DNA of 64,000 nucleotides, from IMG/VR virus record IMGVR_UViG_3300032243_000867, positions 96,001-160,000 of that record. One strand, 5' to 3'. A program made the translations under genes and the position numbers. The notes below the pieces were generated by a model that saw only the letters and a program-made list of their open reading frames with translations, made no database searches and was not told the DNA's origin. Positions 8,309-17,407 of the stretch are shown in pieces. The DNA is from a virus (lineage: Duplodnaviria > Caudoviricetes). Position 1 is the first letter of the stretch. The number at the start of each line of letters is the position of its first letter.

Positions 8309-10642
8309 ATGACTATGCGGACGTTCGTGTGTAAGGAGTGTGGGGTTTCGTTCCGCACAGATTTGCCGGGTAGGTTCACTACCTGCGATCCGTGCAAAGA
8401 ACGGAAGATTCGAGAGTCTCGTGCGAAGGTTTGTGTTTACCGTCACTGTGGTAAACCGTTCTCCGATGAGTCGTCTCAGAACTCTATGAAGTTCTGTACT
8501 CCCGAGTGCGCTCGACGGGAGAAGATGTTTCGGTCAGGAAAAGCCGGGGACGAGTCCTACTTCCGCATTCCAGGGGGGACCGGGAAACGAAATTGTACGG
8601 CGTGCGAAAAAGTCTTCGTGCCTTCTCCGGGCGAGGAGAAAACAGGCAGATGTGAGGCGTGCAGGGAGTCTCTTCGCAACAAAGAGTGCCTCATTTGCGG
8701 CACTCGATTTCGAGACGATTCTCTCAAGAACACTCGCCGTTACTGTGACGGGCATTCCATCGTAGGAGCCGCTCGCAACGTATACGTTGCTCCGAGCCGG
8801 TCGAAATCTGAGGGGGGGGATTTGAAGTCGCTTACTCCCTTCACCACCACATGGTGGGGGAGGGTGGGGGAGGTTCTTGTTCTTCATCTCCACCCGGAGT
8901 TTTTCGATGCCGTGAAGATGTACGGGAATCTCACGCCTTACGATCTGTACGACCGAGAGCGGGGGAAGATCGCCGTTAAGACGGCTGGTGCGTACTACAC
9001 ATCGCACGGTCGGAAGTGCTGGAAGTTCCAGTTCGGTTCCGACTCTCGTAGGTGCGACGCAGCGTTCATGTTGGGTTTTTCTGAGGATCGGCAACGGCTG
9101 GAACGGGCTTGGTTCCTACCGTTCTCAGAGTTACCGGATCGGTTGAAGGTGATGAGCCCGGATTCCAAGGAGTACATCCCAGACGGGGAGCTACCTCAGA
9201 CCGATGTGGCCGTGATGGATCGAAAGTTTCGGGTCATCCTCCGTGATCTCCCCTCACCCCTCGCATCCCCTACGAAGAGAGTTTCGGATCACACTGTGGT
9301 AGGGCGTCTTGGGGAGAGAGTCTACGCATCTCTTCATCCCCGGTCTGACCACGTTGCCTTGAGGGAGCCTACCTCTCGTTATGACTTCTTGGACGAGGGA
9401 GGGACCAAGGTAAACGTCCGCACTCGTCGCCCCGAGGAGGACGGTTCGTGGAAATTTGCCGTGCCGCATGAGGGGGGGTCCGACGTGTTCTATTTTCTGG
9501 CCTTGAACGCAGAGGGGTCAGAGGCAGAAGCCGCGTACCGAGTTCCCGTACGGGACGTGGAGTCTGGGATCGCCTCGGTTTGCTTGACTGATTCTTGGGT
9601 CGCGTACGCTCAGGGAGGATTCCCGGTGCCGGTTTCGTCTCTGGTGGAGATGTCTGAGTCGGAACAAGATCAGCTTTTTCTCAGTTCCCGAGAGATCGCC
9701 TCATACCCCAAGTCTGAGGTAGTTTCCCGCGCTCTTCGATACCACAGAGAACAAGGTTTTCCGTACCCTGAGATTCCATCTGACGTAGAGCTCGGAGACG
9801 CCCTATCTGCGATTCGTACCTACCAGACCGCAACGGATTTCCCCCCTACAACGGCGGGTTTGTCGGCCCTCTCGGGTTACTTCCCGCATCGGTTCGAGTC
9901 TCGCAATGAAAACTCCGATTTTTCCGCCGTGGGGGCATTCTGGGATGACGAGAGGTTCAAAAGAGCTCTCGCGTACACGGCAAACGGCCCTTCCCCGTCT
10001 TTCACAAGGGGATCGGTTCGCGGGGTCCTCACCGCCTTGAACCGCACGCCGGGTCAGTTCTCTCCCGGCGTAGCGAAGGAGTTGGTACGAAGGTTCTGTC
10101 CGTCTGGGGGGATTGTATTCGATCCGTGCGCTGGTTGGGGCGGGCGTCTGGTAGGGACGCTTGTGGCGGGTGCCCGGTACTACGGTTTGGATGTGAGCGC
10201 CCGTACCGCGAACGCTCTCGGAGTTCTCGGCACACGAGTTCGAGATTATCTCGGTCTCCCGCCCGAAACGGTATCCGTCGCGTGTGGTGATATCGAGAAG
10301 TTTGAAGCCCCCACTGAAGCGTTCGACTTCGCTGTTACCTCCCCGCCGTATTGGGGGAGAGAGCAGTACGATGTAGCAGAGGAACGAACCTACGAAGACT
10401 GGCGGAAATCGTTTCTCGGAAACCTCTTCGAGAAGGTCTACCGCTGTCTCAAGCCCGGTTCCTACTTCGCTTTGAACGTGAGCGATTACCAAGACGGGGG
10501 GAGCACCGTCCCGCTCGTACGGGATTCTAAGGAGGGGGCCTACCGTTCCGGTTTCGTTTTCGATACGGAGCTTCGCATGGAGAAGCACCCGTCATCGAGT
10601 TCTCGTTCTTATGAGCCTATTTTGGTGTTCAAGAAGGTTTGA
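8309..10642 (+). CDS. Fusion of Zn ribbons, two tandem PD-(D/E)XK-like nuclease repeats and an amino (N4/N6) DNA methyltransferase
   Basis: N-terminal CxxC clusters. Two repeats G(R)xGE...YD...K-I/V-x-V-K/R-T...WKF. C-terminal FDPCAGWGGR (motif I) and TSPPY (motif IV). Start could be GTG 8288 or ATG 8309; TATGCT lies 6 nt before the ATG. Confidence 0.75.
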   Translation: MTMRTFVCKECGVSFRTDLPGRFTTCDPCKERKIRESRAKVCVYRHCGKPFSDESSQNSMKFCTPECARREKMFRSGKAGDESYFRIPGGTGKRNCTACEKVFVPSPGEEKTGRCEACRESLRNKECLICGTRFRDDSLKNTRRYCDGHSIVGAARNVYVAPSRSKSEGGDLKSLTPFTTTWWGRVGEVLVLHLHPEFFDAVKMYGNLTPYDLYDRERGKIAVKTAGAYYTSHGRKCWKFQFGSDSRRCDAAFMLGFSEDRQRLERAWFLPFSELPDRLKVMSPDSKEYIPDGELPQTDVAVMDRKFRVILRDLPSPLASPTKRVSDHTVVGRLGERVYASLHPRSDHVALREPTSRYDFLDEGGTKVNVRTRRPEEDGSWKFAVPHEGGSDVFYFLALNAEGSEAEAAYRVPVRDVESGIASVCLTDSWVAYAQGGFPVPVSSLVEMSESEQDQLFLSSREIASYPKSEVVSRALRYHREQGFPYPEIPSDVELGDALSAIRTYQTATDFPPTTAGLSALSGYFPHRFESRNENSDFSAVGAFWDDERFKRALAYTANGPSPSFTRGSVRGVLTALNRTPGQFSPGVAKELVRRFCPSGGIVFDPCAGWGGRLVGTLVAGARYYGLDVSARTANALGVLGTRVRDYLGLPPETVSVACGDIEKFEAPTEAFDFAVTSPPYWGREQYDVAEERTYEDWRKSFLGNLFEKVYRCLKPGSYFALNVSDYQDGGSTVPLVRDSKEGAYRSGFVFDTELRMEKHPSSSSRSYEPILVFKKV

Positions 10643-10710
10643 TAGTCGAGGAAGATCCCGAAGGCATCCTCTGCAAGGCGCCTTAGTTTTTCTATACGTC
10701 CCCTAGGTGC

Positions 10711-10941
10711 ATGAACCGATCCCTCTTCATCCTTGCTCTGTGCTTCGTCGGATGCGGTGAATCTACCCCCTCGACCTTCGACGCCACTCTCGATCACGCG
10801 GACGCTAGCGACGCGGCGTCGGAGGTTTTCTCTGACGCGGACGCCCCGGCGGACGCCTCGATGGAAGCCCCCCGCGACGCCTCGATGGACGCTCTCACGG
10901 ACGCTTCTATTATGGACGCCCGCTCCGACTCGCGCGACTAA
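10711..10941 (+). CDS. Small lipoprotein with Asp-Ala repeats
   Basis: Signal peptide and lipobox FVGC, followed by DAS/DAA/DAP low-complexity repeats. Confidence 0.7.
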   Translation: MNRSLFILALCFVGCGESTPSTFDATLDHADASDAASEVFSDADAPADASMEAPRDASMDALTDASIMDARSDSRD

Positions 10942-10958
10942 AGGAACCTCCCGACGCC

Positions 10959-11795
10959 ATGAACCTCGAACACATGATCCGCACAGCGGCGGCGCTTCCC
11001 GAGGGCAGCGCCGACCGCCGCGCACTTCTCGCGGCGATCAAGGTCGCTATCGCCCCGGACACTGAGGACTTCGTGGAGTGGGTTCTCGCCACACAGAAGC
11101 CCATGAGCGAGTCTGAGATGGTCCGCTTCCTCGAAGCGAAGCTCGGTCGTACCCCGGACCCCGCCCCGGCGAAGGGTCAGTCGGGCCGTAAGAGCCCCAC
11201 CACCCCGCTCTCTGTGGGCGAGAAGGTGATGGTGGACAAGACCAAGAACGCGAACCCCCTCAACACGGATGCTTGCGAGCAGTATCACAACCGCGTGGCT
11301 CAGATCGCGGAAGTGACCAACGAGGGTCTGATCGTTCAGTTCTACCGCGGAAACATGGACTCGTGGGCCGACGAGCTCACGGGCGAGAAGCAGCTATTCA
11401 ACGGCTTCCAGTCGGGTCAGAAGTCGGGCCTGTATCGCTGGACCCCGAAGTCGGCCATCGTCGAGAACAGCACGGACAAGAAGATCTTGTTCGAGTGCGT
11501 ATACCTCCGTGGCGGTACGTCCGTGGATACCCGCCGTATGGAGCAGATCGAGCAGTACGTCGAGCAGGGCGTTCTCAAGGGAGAGTCCCGAAGCACCGTG
11601 TACTACACGGGTCTCGTCGGGCGCTTCGCGGAGAACCAGCAGGGCGAGGTCTACTTCGGCCTGGTCGCCCAGCAGCGCGATGTCCCCACCTTCATCAACC
11701 CGAAGAAGGGTCAGCTTCTCTACATCGGCGTCGCGGGCAAGCGCCCCGGCGGGTGGATGGAAGAGGCTGTGAAGCTCGGCCTTCGAGTTCCCTGA
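10959..11795 (+). CDS. Hypothetical virion-internal protein with N-terminal leader
   Basis: SD aaggaa. Leader MIRTAAALPEGSADRRALLAAIKVA. SH3-like LSVGEKVMV segment. Confidence 0.6.
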   Translation: MNLEHMIRTAAALPEGSADRRALLAAIKVAIAPDTEDFVEWVLATQKPMSESEMVRFLEAKLGRTPDPAPAKGQSGRKSPTTPLSVGEKVMVDKTKNANPLNTDACEQYHNRVAQIAEVTNEGLIVQFYRGNMDSWADELTGEKQLFNGFQSGQKSGLYRWTPKSAIVENSTDKKILFECVYLRGGTSVDTRRMEQIEQYVEQGVLKGESRSTVYYTGLVGRFAENQQGEVYFGLVAQQRDVPTFINPKKGQLLYIGVAGKRPGGWMEEAVKLGLRVP

Positions 11796-11805
11796 AAGGT
11801 GCCTC

Positions 11806-12321
11806 ATGCGAGTACATCGTAACGCCCACCTCTCTTCTATTCGGTCGGCTCGGGCTACGTTCAACCGCGTCCCTCCGGTGGTTGAGGAATCCGCCCCGGT
11901 GCCGGTGGTTGAGGAATCCGTCCCGGTAAAGGCGGCTTCAGTGCCCGTCAAGACTTTTCACCTCCCCCCTCTCAAGGTGAGGTTGAAGGCACCCGAGCCT
12001 GCCTCCGTGGCTGTTGAAACCGCCGCTCCCGTAGCGGAAGTTTCCGTAGCGGAAGTTTCCGTAGCGGAAGTTCCCGTAGCGGAAGTTCCCGTAGCGGAAG
12101 TTCCCGTAGCGGAAGTTCCCGTAGCGGAAGTTCCCGTAGCGGAAGTTCCCGTAGCGGAAGCTCCCGTAGCGGAAGCTCCCGTAGCGGAAGCTCCCGTAGC
12201 GGAAGCTCCCGCCCCGGCGAAGCGCGCCCGCAAGCGCAAGGCCGAAGCCGCCGAGGCTCCCGCCGTCGAGTCTCCCGCCGTCGAGTCTCCCGCCGTCGAG
12301 TCTCCCGCCGTCGAGTCTTGA
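11806..12321 (+). CDS. Low-complexity Ala/Glu/Val/Pro protein
   Basis: SD gaaagg. Sequence dominated by VAEVP and PAVES repeats. Confidence 0.55.
   Translation: MRVHRNAHLSSIRSARATFNRVPPVVEESAPVPVVEESVPVKAASVPVKTFHLPPLKVRLKAPEPASVAVETAAPVAEVSVAEVSVAEVPVAEVPVAEVPVAEVPVAEVPVAEVPVAEAPVAEAPVAEAPVAEAPAPAKRARKRKAEAAEAPAVESPAVESPAVESPAVES
12031..12210 (+). repeat. 15-nt tandem repeat x12 (VAEVS x2, VAEVP x6, VAEAP x4)
   Basis: gtagcggaag(t/c)t(t/c)cc, 12 contiguous copies. Confidence 0.95.
12259..12318 (+). repeat. 15-nt tandem repeat x4 (PAVES)
   Basis: cccgccgtcgagtct x4 ending at the stop codon. Confidence 0.95.
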
Positions 12322-12360
12322 AAGTTTCTTGGGCGGTAAGGTTCTGCCCAAGGAGTCCCC

Positions 12361-13605
12361 ATGGCCGATCTACTGTTCACCGCAGGTTCCTTTCGTTCGT
12401 TCCGCGCCGCCGTCCGCTTCCATCTCGGAAAGATCCAGCAAGACGTTCTGAAAGATGATGTCGTCGAGTTCGACGGCACCACCTTGAAGCTGAACGGGAC
12501 CACCCACGCCCTTCCCGAGCTTCGGAGTGCGATCAAGGCCGGTTGGCTCTCTCCGACGGGTTCGACGGTTAACGACTACGTTCCTCAGTCCGCGAACGTG
12601 AAGGTTCGCGCCGCGATGGACAAGGACAAGGGCAAGACGGTCTCCACCGAGGTCCAGCAGGACGAGACGTTCGTCGGAAGCGCCCGCAAGGCGAGCACGA
12701 CGGATGGTGTGCGAATCGAGTCCAAGGCTTTCAATGCGACTCTGGTTCGGGATACCGAGGGCGACGGTCGCACTGTCGGTGCCGCCACCAAGAAGTCCGT
12801 GCCCGCGGGGGGCGACGCCACGGAAGGTGAGCCCGTGGCGAAGATCAAGACCGCCGCGAGGCGGAGCTTCTCCGTGGACGGCAGCACCAGCATGAACGCG
12901 GACGCGGACGCGGGTTCCGACGTGACGGGCGTGGTCGAACACATCAAGGGGGTGACCCCGAGGGTGGCCCCCGGAGGCGAGGCAGAGGAGATCACCCGCG
13001 AAGGTCAGTCCAGCGACGGCGGAAAAGTCATCGCCAACGTGAAGACAGCCGCGAAGCGCAAGGTCGTCCTCACGGACGCCAACTCCGCGGACCAAGAGAT
13101 CAGCAAGCTGGACAACAGCACCCGCTCTGCCCTCGCCCCCCGGGGCAAGCGAGACATCGCGGCCCTCGCGGGTGATACGCTTGAGGAGATCGTCCCTGCG
13201 AACGAGCCCGAGAACCGCGGGCGTATGTTGGCCGAGCAAGCCAAGGCCAAGCGTCTCGCGGCCCTCAAGGCCAAGGAGGCCCTCCCCGTCGCGGAGATTG
13301 AAGCTGAGGCTCCCGAGGGGGGTGACATCCCCGAGAACCACTGGAAGACCCCCGAGAAGGCGGCGAACGCGACCCCCCCGGTGAAAGTCACGGCGAAGCA
13401 GCCGAAGTCGGTGGAGGATTTCGCCGTGAACGGCGACGAACTGGAGCTCGCCCCCGGTGTCCGCTGGAACAAGAAGCTCCACTGGAAGACCCGCGTGAAG
13501 CAAGCCCTCCAGTACCGGGACCGCCCCGAGATCCTCAACCTCATTCGCGGCTACGAGGTTCCCTCCGTCGTGAACTCCATCGACGAGGCCCTCTCGTCGC
13601 CCTAG
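12361..13605 (+). CDS. Hypothetical protein with internal repeated modules
   Basis: SD aaggag. Repeated G..V(A/I)..K(T)AA segments. Confidence 0.65.
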   Translation: MADLLFTAGSFRSFRAAVRFHLGKIQQDVLKDDVVEFDGTTLKLNGTTHALPELRSAIKAGWLSPTGSTVNDYVPQSANVKVRAAMDKDKGKTVSTEVQQDETFVGSARKASTTDGVRIESKAFNATLVRDTEGDGRTVGAATKKSVPAGGDATEGEPVAKIKTAARRSFSVDGSTSMNADADAGSDVTGVVEHIKGVTPRVAPGGEAEEITREGQSSDGGKVIANVKTAAKRKVVLTDANSADQEISKLDNSTRSALAPRGKRDIAALAGDTLEEIVPANEPENRGRMLAEQAKAKRLAALKAKEALPVAEIEAEAPEGGDIPENHWKTPEKAANATPPVKVTAKQPKSVEDFAVNGDELELAPGVRWNKKLHWKTRVKQALQYRDRPEILNLIRGYEVPSVVNSIDEALSSP

Positions 13606-13644
13606 TCGAGCGGCGTTTTCTAGCCTTTCGCGCGCACCTTTGCG

Positions 13645-14370
13645 ATGCGCGATCCCCGCAAAGCCTCCAGTCAAGTCTCGTGGTCCCTTCTAACCGAAGG
13701 GGTCACTCAGGCTCGCGTCGAAGCACACCGCCTCCGTCTGATGCTGGATCGTGCCTTGGCCCTAGTGAACACGTCCCCGGCGCGGGAGCATCTGTGGCAA
13801 GTCAGCGGGGACCTTATTCAAGGGTTTCCAGAGCGCCTCTCCGACCTCGAACGGTCCCTCGACCGCACCAGCTACGCTTTGGTGGTGATGGGGGAGGATT
13901 TTCTACGCGGGCGCATCCCCGCTGATGACCGCTACGTCGTGGACGAGGCCACGAAGGCCCACCCGTACGCGGGCGTGCGCCAGAAGGACTCGTTGGCGGA
14001 GCGGGTCGCCCATCGGCACCTACAGGCGAAGTTCAACGGTGCGGCCCCTAGTGCCGAGCACCACTTCTTCGACAACCCCAAGAAGCGGGAAACGCGCGAG
14101 TTCGCCCAGACCAAGGCTCTGTCCAACGAGGTTCCCACGGCGGTGAAGGCCATCAAGGAGATGGACAACCCGGACAAGACCGTGGCCAAGGCCCGAAGCG
14201 AGGCGAACAAAGCCCCGCCGACGCCAGCGGAGATCCGTAAGGAACCGGGGGGCAAGCAGTTCAGCACCTTGAACCGCCACGTCATCGTGACCGAGCAACC
14301 CAAGGTGAAAGGCGTCCCGGTCAGTCGCGAAGACCTACCGAAGAGCGAGAAGCCGAAAGGAAACCTGTAA
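13645..14370 (+). CDS. Hypothetical head-associated protein
   Basis: Helical N-terminal domain, then an ERVAHRHLQAK motif. Confidence 0.6.
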   Translation: MRDPRKASSQVSWSLLTEGVTQARVEAHRLRLMLDRALALVNTSPAREHLWQVSGDLIQGFPERLSDLERSLDRTSYALVVMGEDFLRGRIPADDRYVVDEATKAHPYAGVRQKDSLAERVAHRHLQAKFNGAAPSAEHHFFDNPKKRETREFAQTKALSNEVPTAVKAIKEMDNPDKTVAKARSEANKAPPTPAEIRKEPGGKQFSTLNRHVIVTEQPKVKGVPVSREDLPKSEKPKGNL

Positions 14371-14951
14371 TGCCGCGCCAGACGTTCTTCGCCAACCTCA
14401 ACCAGTACACGGTTCAGCGCCAGCTTTCGATTTTCCACAAGGGCGATTCCATGCCCATGAAGATCGACGCCACGATGGCGGCGCGCGGTTGGGTGGGGGG
14501 CACCTTCGTGCGTTGGATCGACGACGGTTCGGGCGAACCGTGCGTTACCATCGCGGACGGGCGCTACTGCGGGTTCACCCCGTGGGGCTCGAATGAGCCC
14601 GCCGATCAGTACACGTCCCTCACCCAGACGAACCCCACCTACAAATACATCACGATGTTCTTCGGGGGAAACTTCGCGGCGACTACGTCGTTCGAGAAGT
14701 ACACGTACATCTCCCGGAACGGCGGTGGCCCGTTGGTCCCGCTGGTGTACGCCCCGCAGGACTTCCTGTACGTCAGTGAGAACGGGCTGATCACCAACCA
14801 GGACGAGAGCAACGTGCTGGTGAACCCCGGCCACACGTTCCCCAACGGCGATCCCATTCTCGTTCCGTTTCTCTACTTCGGTCTGTGTTCGGTGCCCCCC
14901 AGCACCCTCACCGATGGCCGGATACTTTTTCAGTCCAACGTGGGCGTTTGA
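14370..14951 (+). CDS. Hypothetical virion structural protein
   Basis: Coupled by TAATG overlap. Beta-rich, Gly/aromatic composition. Confidence 0.6.
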   Translation: MPRQTFFANLNQYTVQRQLSIFHKGDSMPMKIDATMAARGWVGGTFVRWIDDGSGEPCVTIADGRYCGFTPWGSNEPADQYTSLTQTNPTYKYITMFFGGNFAATTSFEKYTYISRNGGGPLVPLVYAPQDFLYVSENGLITNQDESNVLVNPGHTFPNGDPILVPFLYFGLCSVPPSTLTDGRILFQSNVGV

Positions 14952-14953
14952 CC

Positions 14954-17017
14954 ATGCGCGGCTTGCGTGCAGACCTGTTTCCGATTCTGGGCAAGAACCC
15001 CGGCCCGTGCAAGGTGGTGGACCGCATCTACCAGCGGGTGCGTAGCCCCATCGAGCAGAAGGAGCTCGTCAATACGGTCGAGGGGAACCGCAACCTCACG
15101 AACGCACAGGCCGTCACCATCTACAACGGGTTCGACAAGAACCCTTCCGCGTCGAATTTTCGTCAGTTCGCTATCTCTCCGCACGCTCAGTACCGCATGG
15201 TCCTACGCGGGATCACCGTCGCGCAGGTGCAGAAGGCGCTTCTGAAGTTGGGCGGGGTATTCGGCAACCCCAAGCATCGTGCGATGCTTCAGAAGCTCAA
15301 CGAGGCGAATAACCTTCAGTTGAACTACGAAGCCTCTAGTGACGTGCTGAAGATCGACGACGAACCCGTCCGAGCGGGCTACGAACGCCGCGGCAAAACG
15401 ATCCGGGTTGACGATTCGGACATCTCGGTCACTTTCAGCCTCAGCGGCGACCTCGTGACGGTAGTCACCGCGTACCCAAAGAGCGGAAGCGATCCGAAAG
15501 CCCCTCCGGGCGGGTGCTCGAAGCCCGGGAAGACGGCGAAGGGATACCAGGCCCCCGCGGGTGAGCTTTCGGGATACCGCACCTACCCGAGCGAAAAGCC
15601 CAGCAAGGGCATTGACGAGCCCAGCGGGGATAGCATCCGCCACTCCCCCGGCGAGTCCCCTCGTTCGGACCGGGATCGCGCGGCCCCGATGCGTCCGGGG
15701 CAGAAGGACGAGCTTCTTCAGAAGACGCCCGCGAACGTGGTATTCAACGCCCCCGGGCCTTCCTCTAAGGAAGAAGGAACGAAGATCCACGTTCGCTCCC
15801 CCGGCACCCCCGGCGAGGAGTACGGGCACCCCTTCAAAGAGAACATCATGCCGCGCCGTACGGAAGCGGCGATCTACCCCTCGTACAACCAGAGACAGCG
15901 AAAGCAACGCGGGGAAGCCCGGTTGTATCAACGCCGATACTACCAGCGGCACCGCAGCAAAATTCGCTCGCGCGCGAAGATCGACTATCTCCACAAAAAG
16001 AACAGCCCGACCTTCAAAAAGCAGCGGACGTATCGCAACAGCCAGAAGTACGGATGGCGGTTCAACCGTCTTCCTTCGGGCGGGTATCGCCGTCCCGCTG
16101 ATCGCACTCGGGACCACCGCAACAAGAAGGCAGAGGTTTCCATCCCGTTCTACCACCCCAACTACGGGATGGGGTACGTTCTCGACGTGCGCGACCAAGA
16201 GGTTGTCATCGAGCAGACGAACTCCCTGGGCGGTGAATCCCTCGGCACGGGAACCGTCCCGTTTTTCACGTTTCTGCGCGGCGTCGAGTTCGACGACGAA
16301 ACGAGTATCGACGCCTTCTTCGACCTCGCGGACTCCGACTTCGACCTTGACGACGAAGCCCAACGGCTGGCGTCTTTCTACCGCGAGACGTTCCGGCCCG
16401 GTGACAACCTCGACCCGGGAGACGGCGTGCGGGACCTGGGCGAGCCCTCCCCCGTGAACCCTATCCTTCCGTATTTCGACACGGATCACAACAGCCGCAA
16501 ACCGGGCGAGGTGATGAACAACCTCGGCCCGACCGACAACAACCCGGGCTCTGCCAAAGTGATCCCCGAGGGGCACGACTTCGAGAACCGCAAGGCCAGC
16601 GCCGTGCGTGTCGCCGCGAAGATGGCCGAGATCATCCAAGGGATCGACCCCAGCATCCAATCACGCGCGCGGGGTATTTCACCCAAGGTGAAGCGCCGTG
16701 ACCCCGGCAACGTGGCCTACTCGTTCGCCGTGCCGGGGAGCAAGGGAGAGTCCTACACCGTGAAGGTGAAGGGGCTACCCAGCAAGAACATCCGCACCCT
16801 CGGCAAGATGGACCTGAAGCTGTCCTGCACCTGTGACTTCTGGCGCTACCAAGGCCCAGAACACTGGGCGAAGGCAAATGACTACCTGTTCGGCAAACCC
16901 GGTGGCACGGCGGACCGACCCGACGTGAAAGACCCGAAGGGCCACAACCGCGTGTGCAAGCACGCCTTGGCGGTTCTGAACATGATCAGCAAGTGGCCCG
17001 CAGCGGGGAAGCGGTAA
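14954..17017 (+). CDS. Multidomain polyprotein: DUF4258-like RNase fold, basic domain, acidic domain, SWIM Zn finger
   Basis: SPHAQYRMVLRGIT...VTVVTAYP (DUF4258-like) and SCTCDFW...VCKHALAV (SWIM CxC...CxH). KxA/RxA motifs lie between the domains. Confidence 0.65.
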   Translation: MRGLRADLFPILGKNPGPCKVVDRIYQRVRSPIEQKELVNTVEGNRNLTNAQAVTIYNGFDKNPSASNFRQFAISPHAQYRMVLRGITVAQVQKALLKLGGVFGNPKHRAMLQKLNEANNLQLNYEASSDVLKIDDEPVRAGYERRGKTIRVDDSDISVTFSLSGDLVTVVTAYPKSGSDPKAPPGGCSKPGKTAKGYQAPAGELSGYRTYPSEKPSKGIDEPSGDSIRHSPGESPRSDRDRAAPMRPGQKDELLQKTPANVVFNAPGPSSKEEGTKIHVRSPGTPGEEYGHPFKENIMPRRTEAAIYPSYNQRQRKQRGEARLYQRRYYQRHRSKIRSRAKIDYLHKKNSPTFKKQRTYRNSQKYGWRFNRLPSGGYRRPADRTRDHRNKKAEVSIPFYHPNYGMGYVLDVRDQEVVIEQTNSLGGESLGTGTVPFFTFLRGVEFDDETSIDAFFDLADSDFDLDDEAQRLASFYRETFRPGDNLDPGDGVRDLGEPSPVNPILPYFDTDHNSRKPGEVMNNLGPTDNNPGSAKVIPEGHDFENRKASAVRVAAKMAEIIQGIDPSIQSRARGISPKVKRRDPGNVAYSFAVPGSKGESYTVKVKGLPSKNIRTLGKMDLKLSCTCDFWRYQGPEHWAKANDYLFGKPGGTADRPDVKDPKGHNRVCKHALAVLNMISKWPAAGKR

Positions 17018-17026
17018 GGTTTTCCC

Positions 17027-17407
17027 ATGCCCACGTACACCTACGTTTGCACCGAGTGCCGAGCCTCCTTCGAGCGGTTCATGTCCATCACCCGATGCGA
17101 CGACCCTCAATACTGCGAAGAGTGCGGTTCTCTCGGCAAGAAGACCATCTCGATGCCCAACTTCATCTTGAAGGGGGATGGCTGGACGGGCAAGAACATC
17201 AAGATCGCGGGTCAGATGGCCGCGAAGAATCGCACCCTCGACAAGAAGCAAGACGAGCGCAAGCGGGACGCTCCCGGTGTGCGCCTCGCGCCCAACGTGG
17301 ACGGAGAGCGGGTGGACAACTGGGCCGACGCCCAGAAGCTCGCGGCGTCGAAGGGCAAGAACACCGAGAGCTACGACGCCAAGGTGCGTGAGGAGAAGGC
17401 CAAGTGA
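17027..17407 (+). CDS. FmdB-family zinc ribbon protein
   Basis: MPTYTYVCTEC...CEECG...FILKGDGW. Confidence 0.85.
   Translation: MPTYTYVCTECRASFERFMSITRCDDPQYCEECGSLGKKTISMPNFILKGDGWTGKNIKIAGQMAAKNRTLDKKQDERKRDAPGVRLAPNVDGERVDNWADAQKLAASKGKNTESYDAKVREEKAK

Noticed and set aside
8309-10642. This MTase as the source of 5mC for the TET enzyme
   Set aside because: The SPPY motif marks an amino (N4/N6) MTase. The PC motif of C5-MTases is not seen.
12031-12318. Possible CRISPR array
   Set aside because: The units are contiguous with no unique spacers, and they are in frame within a CDS.
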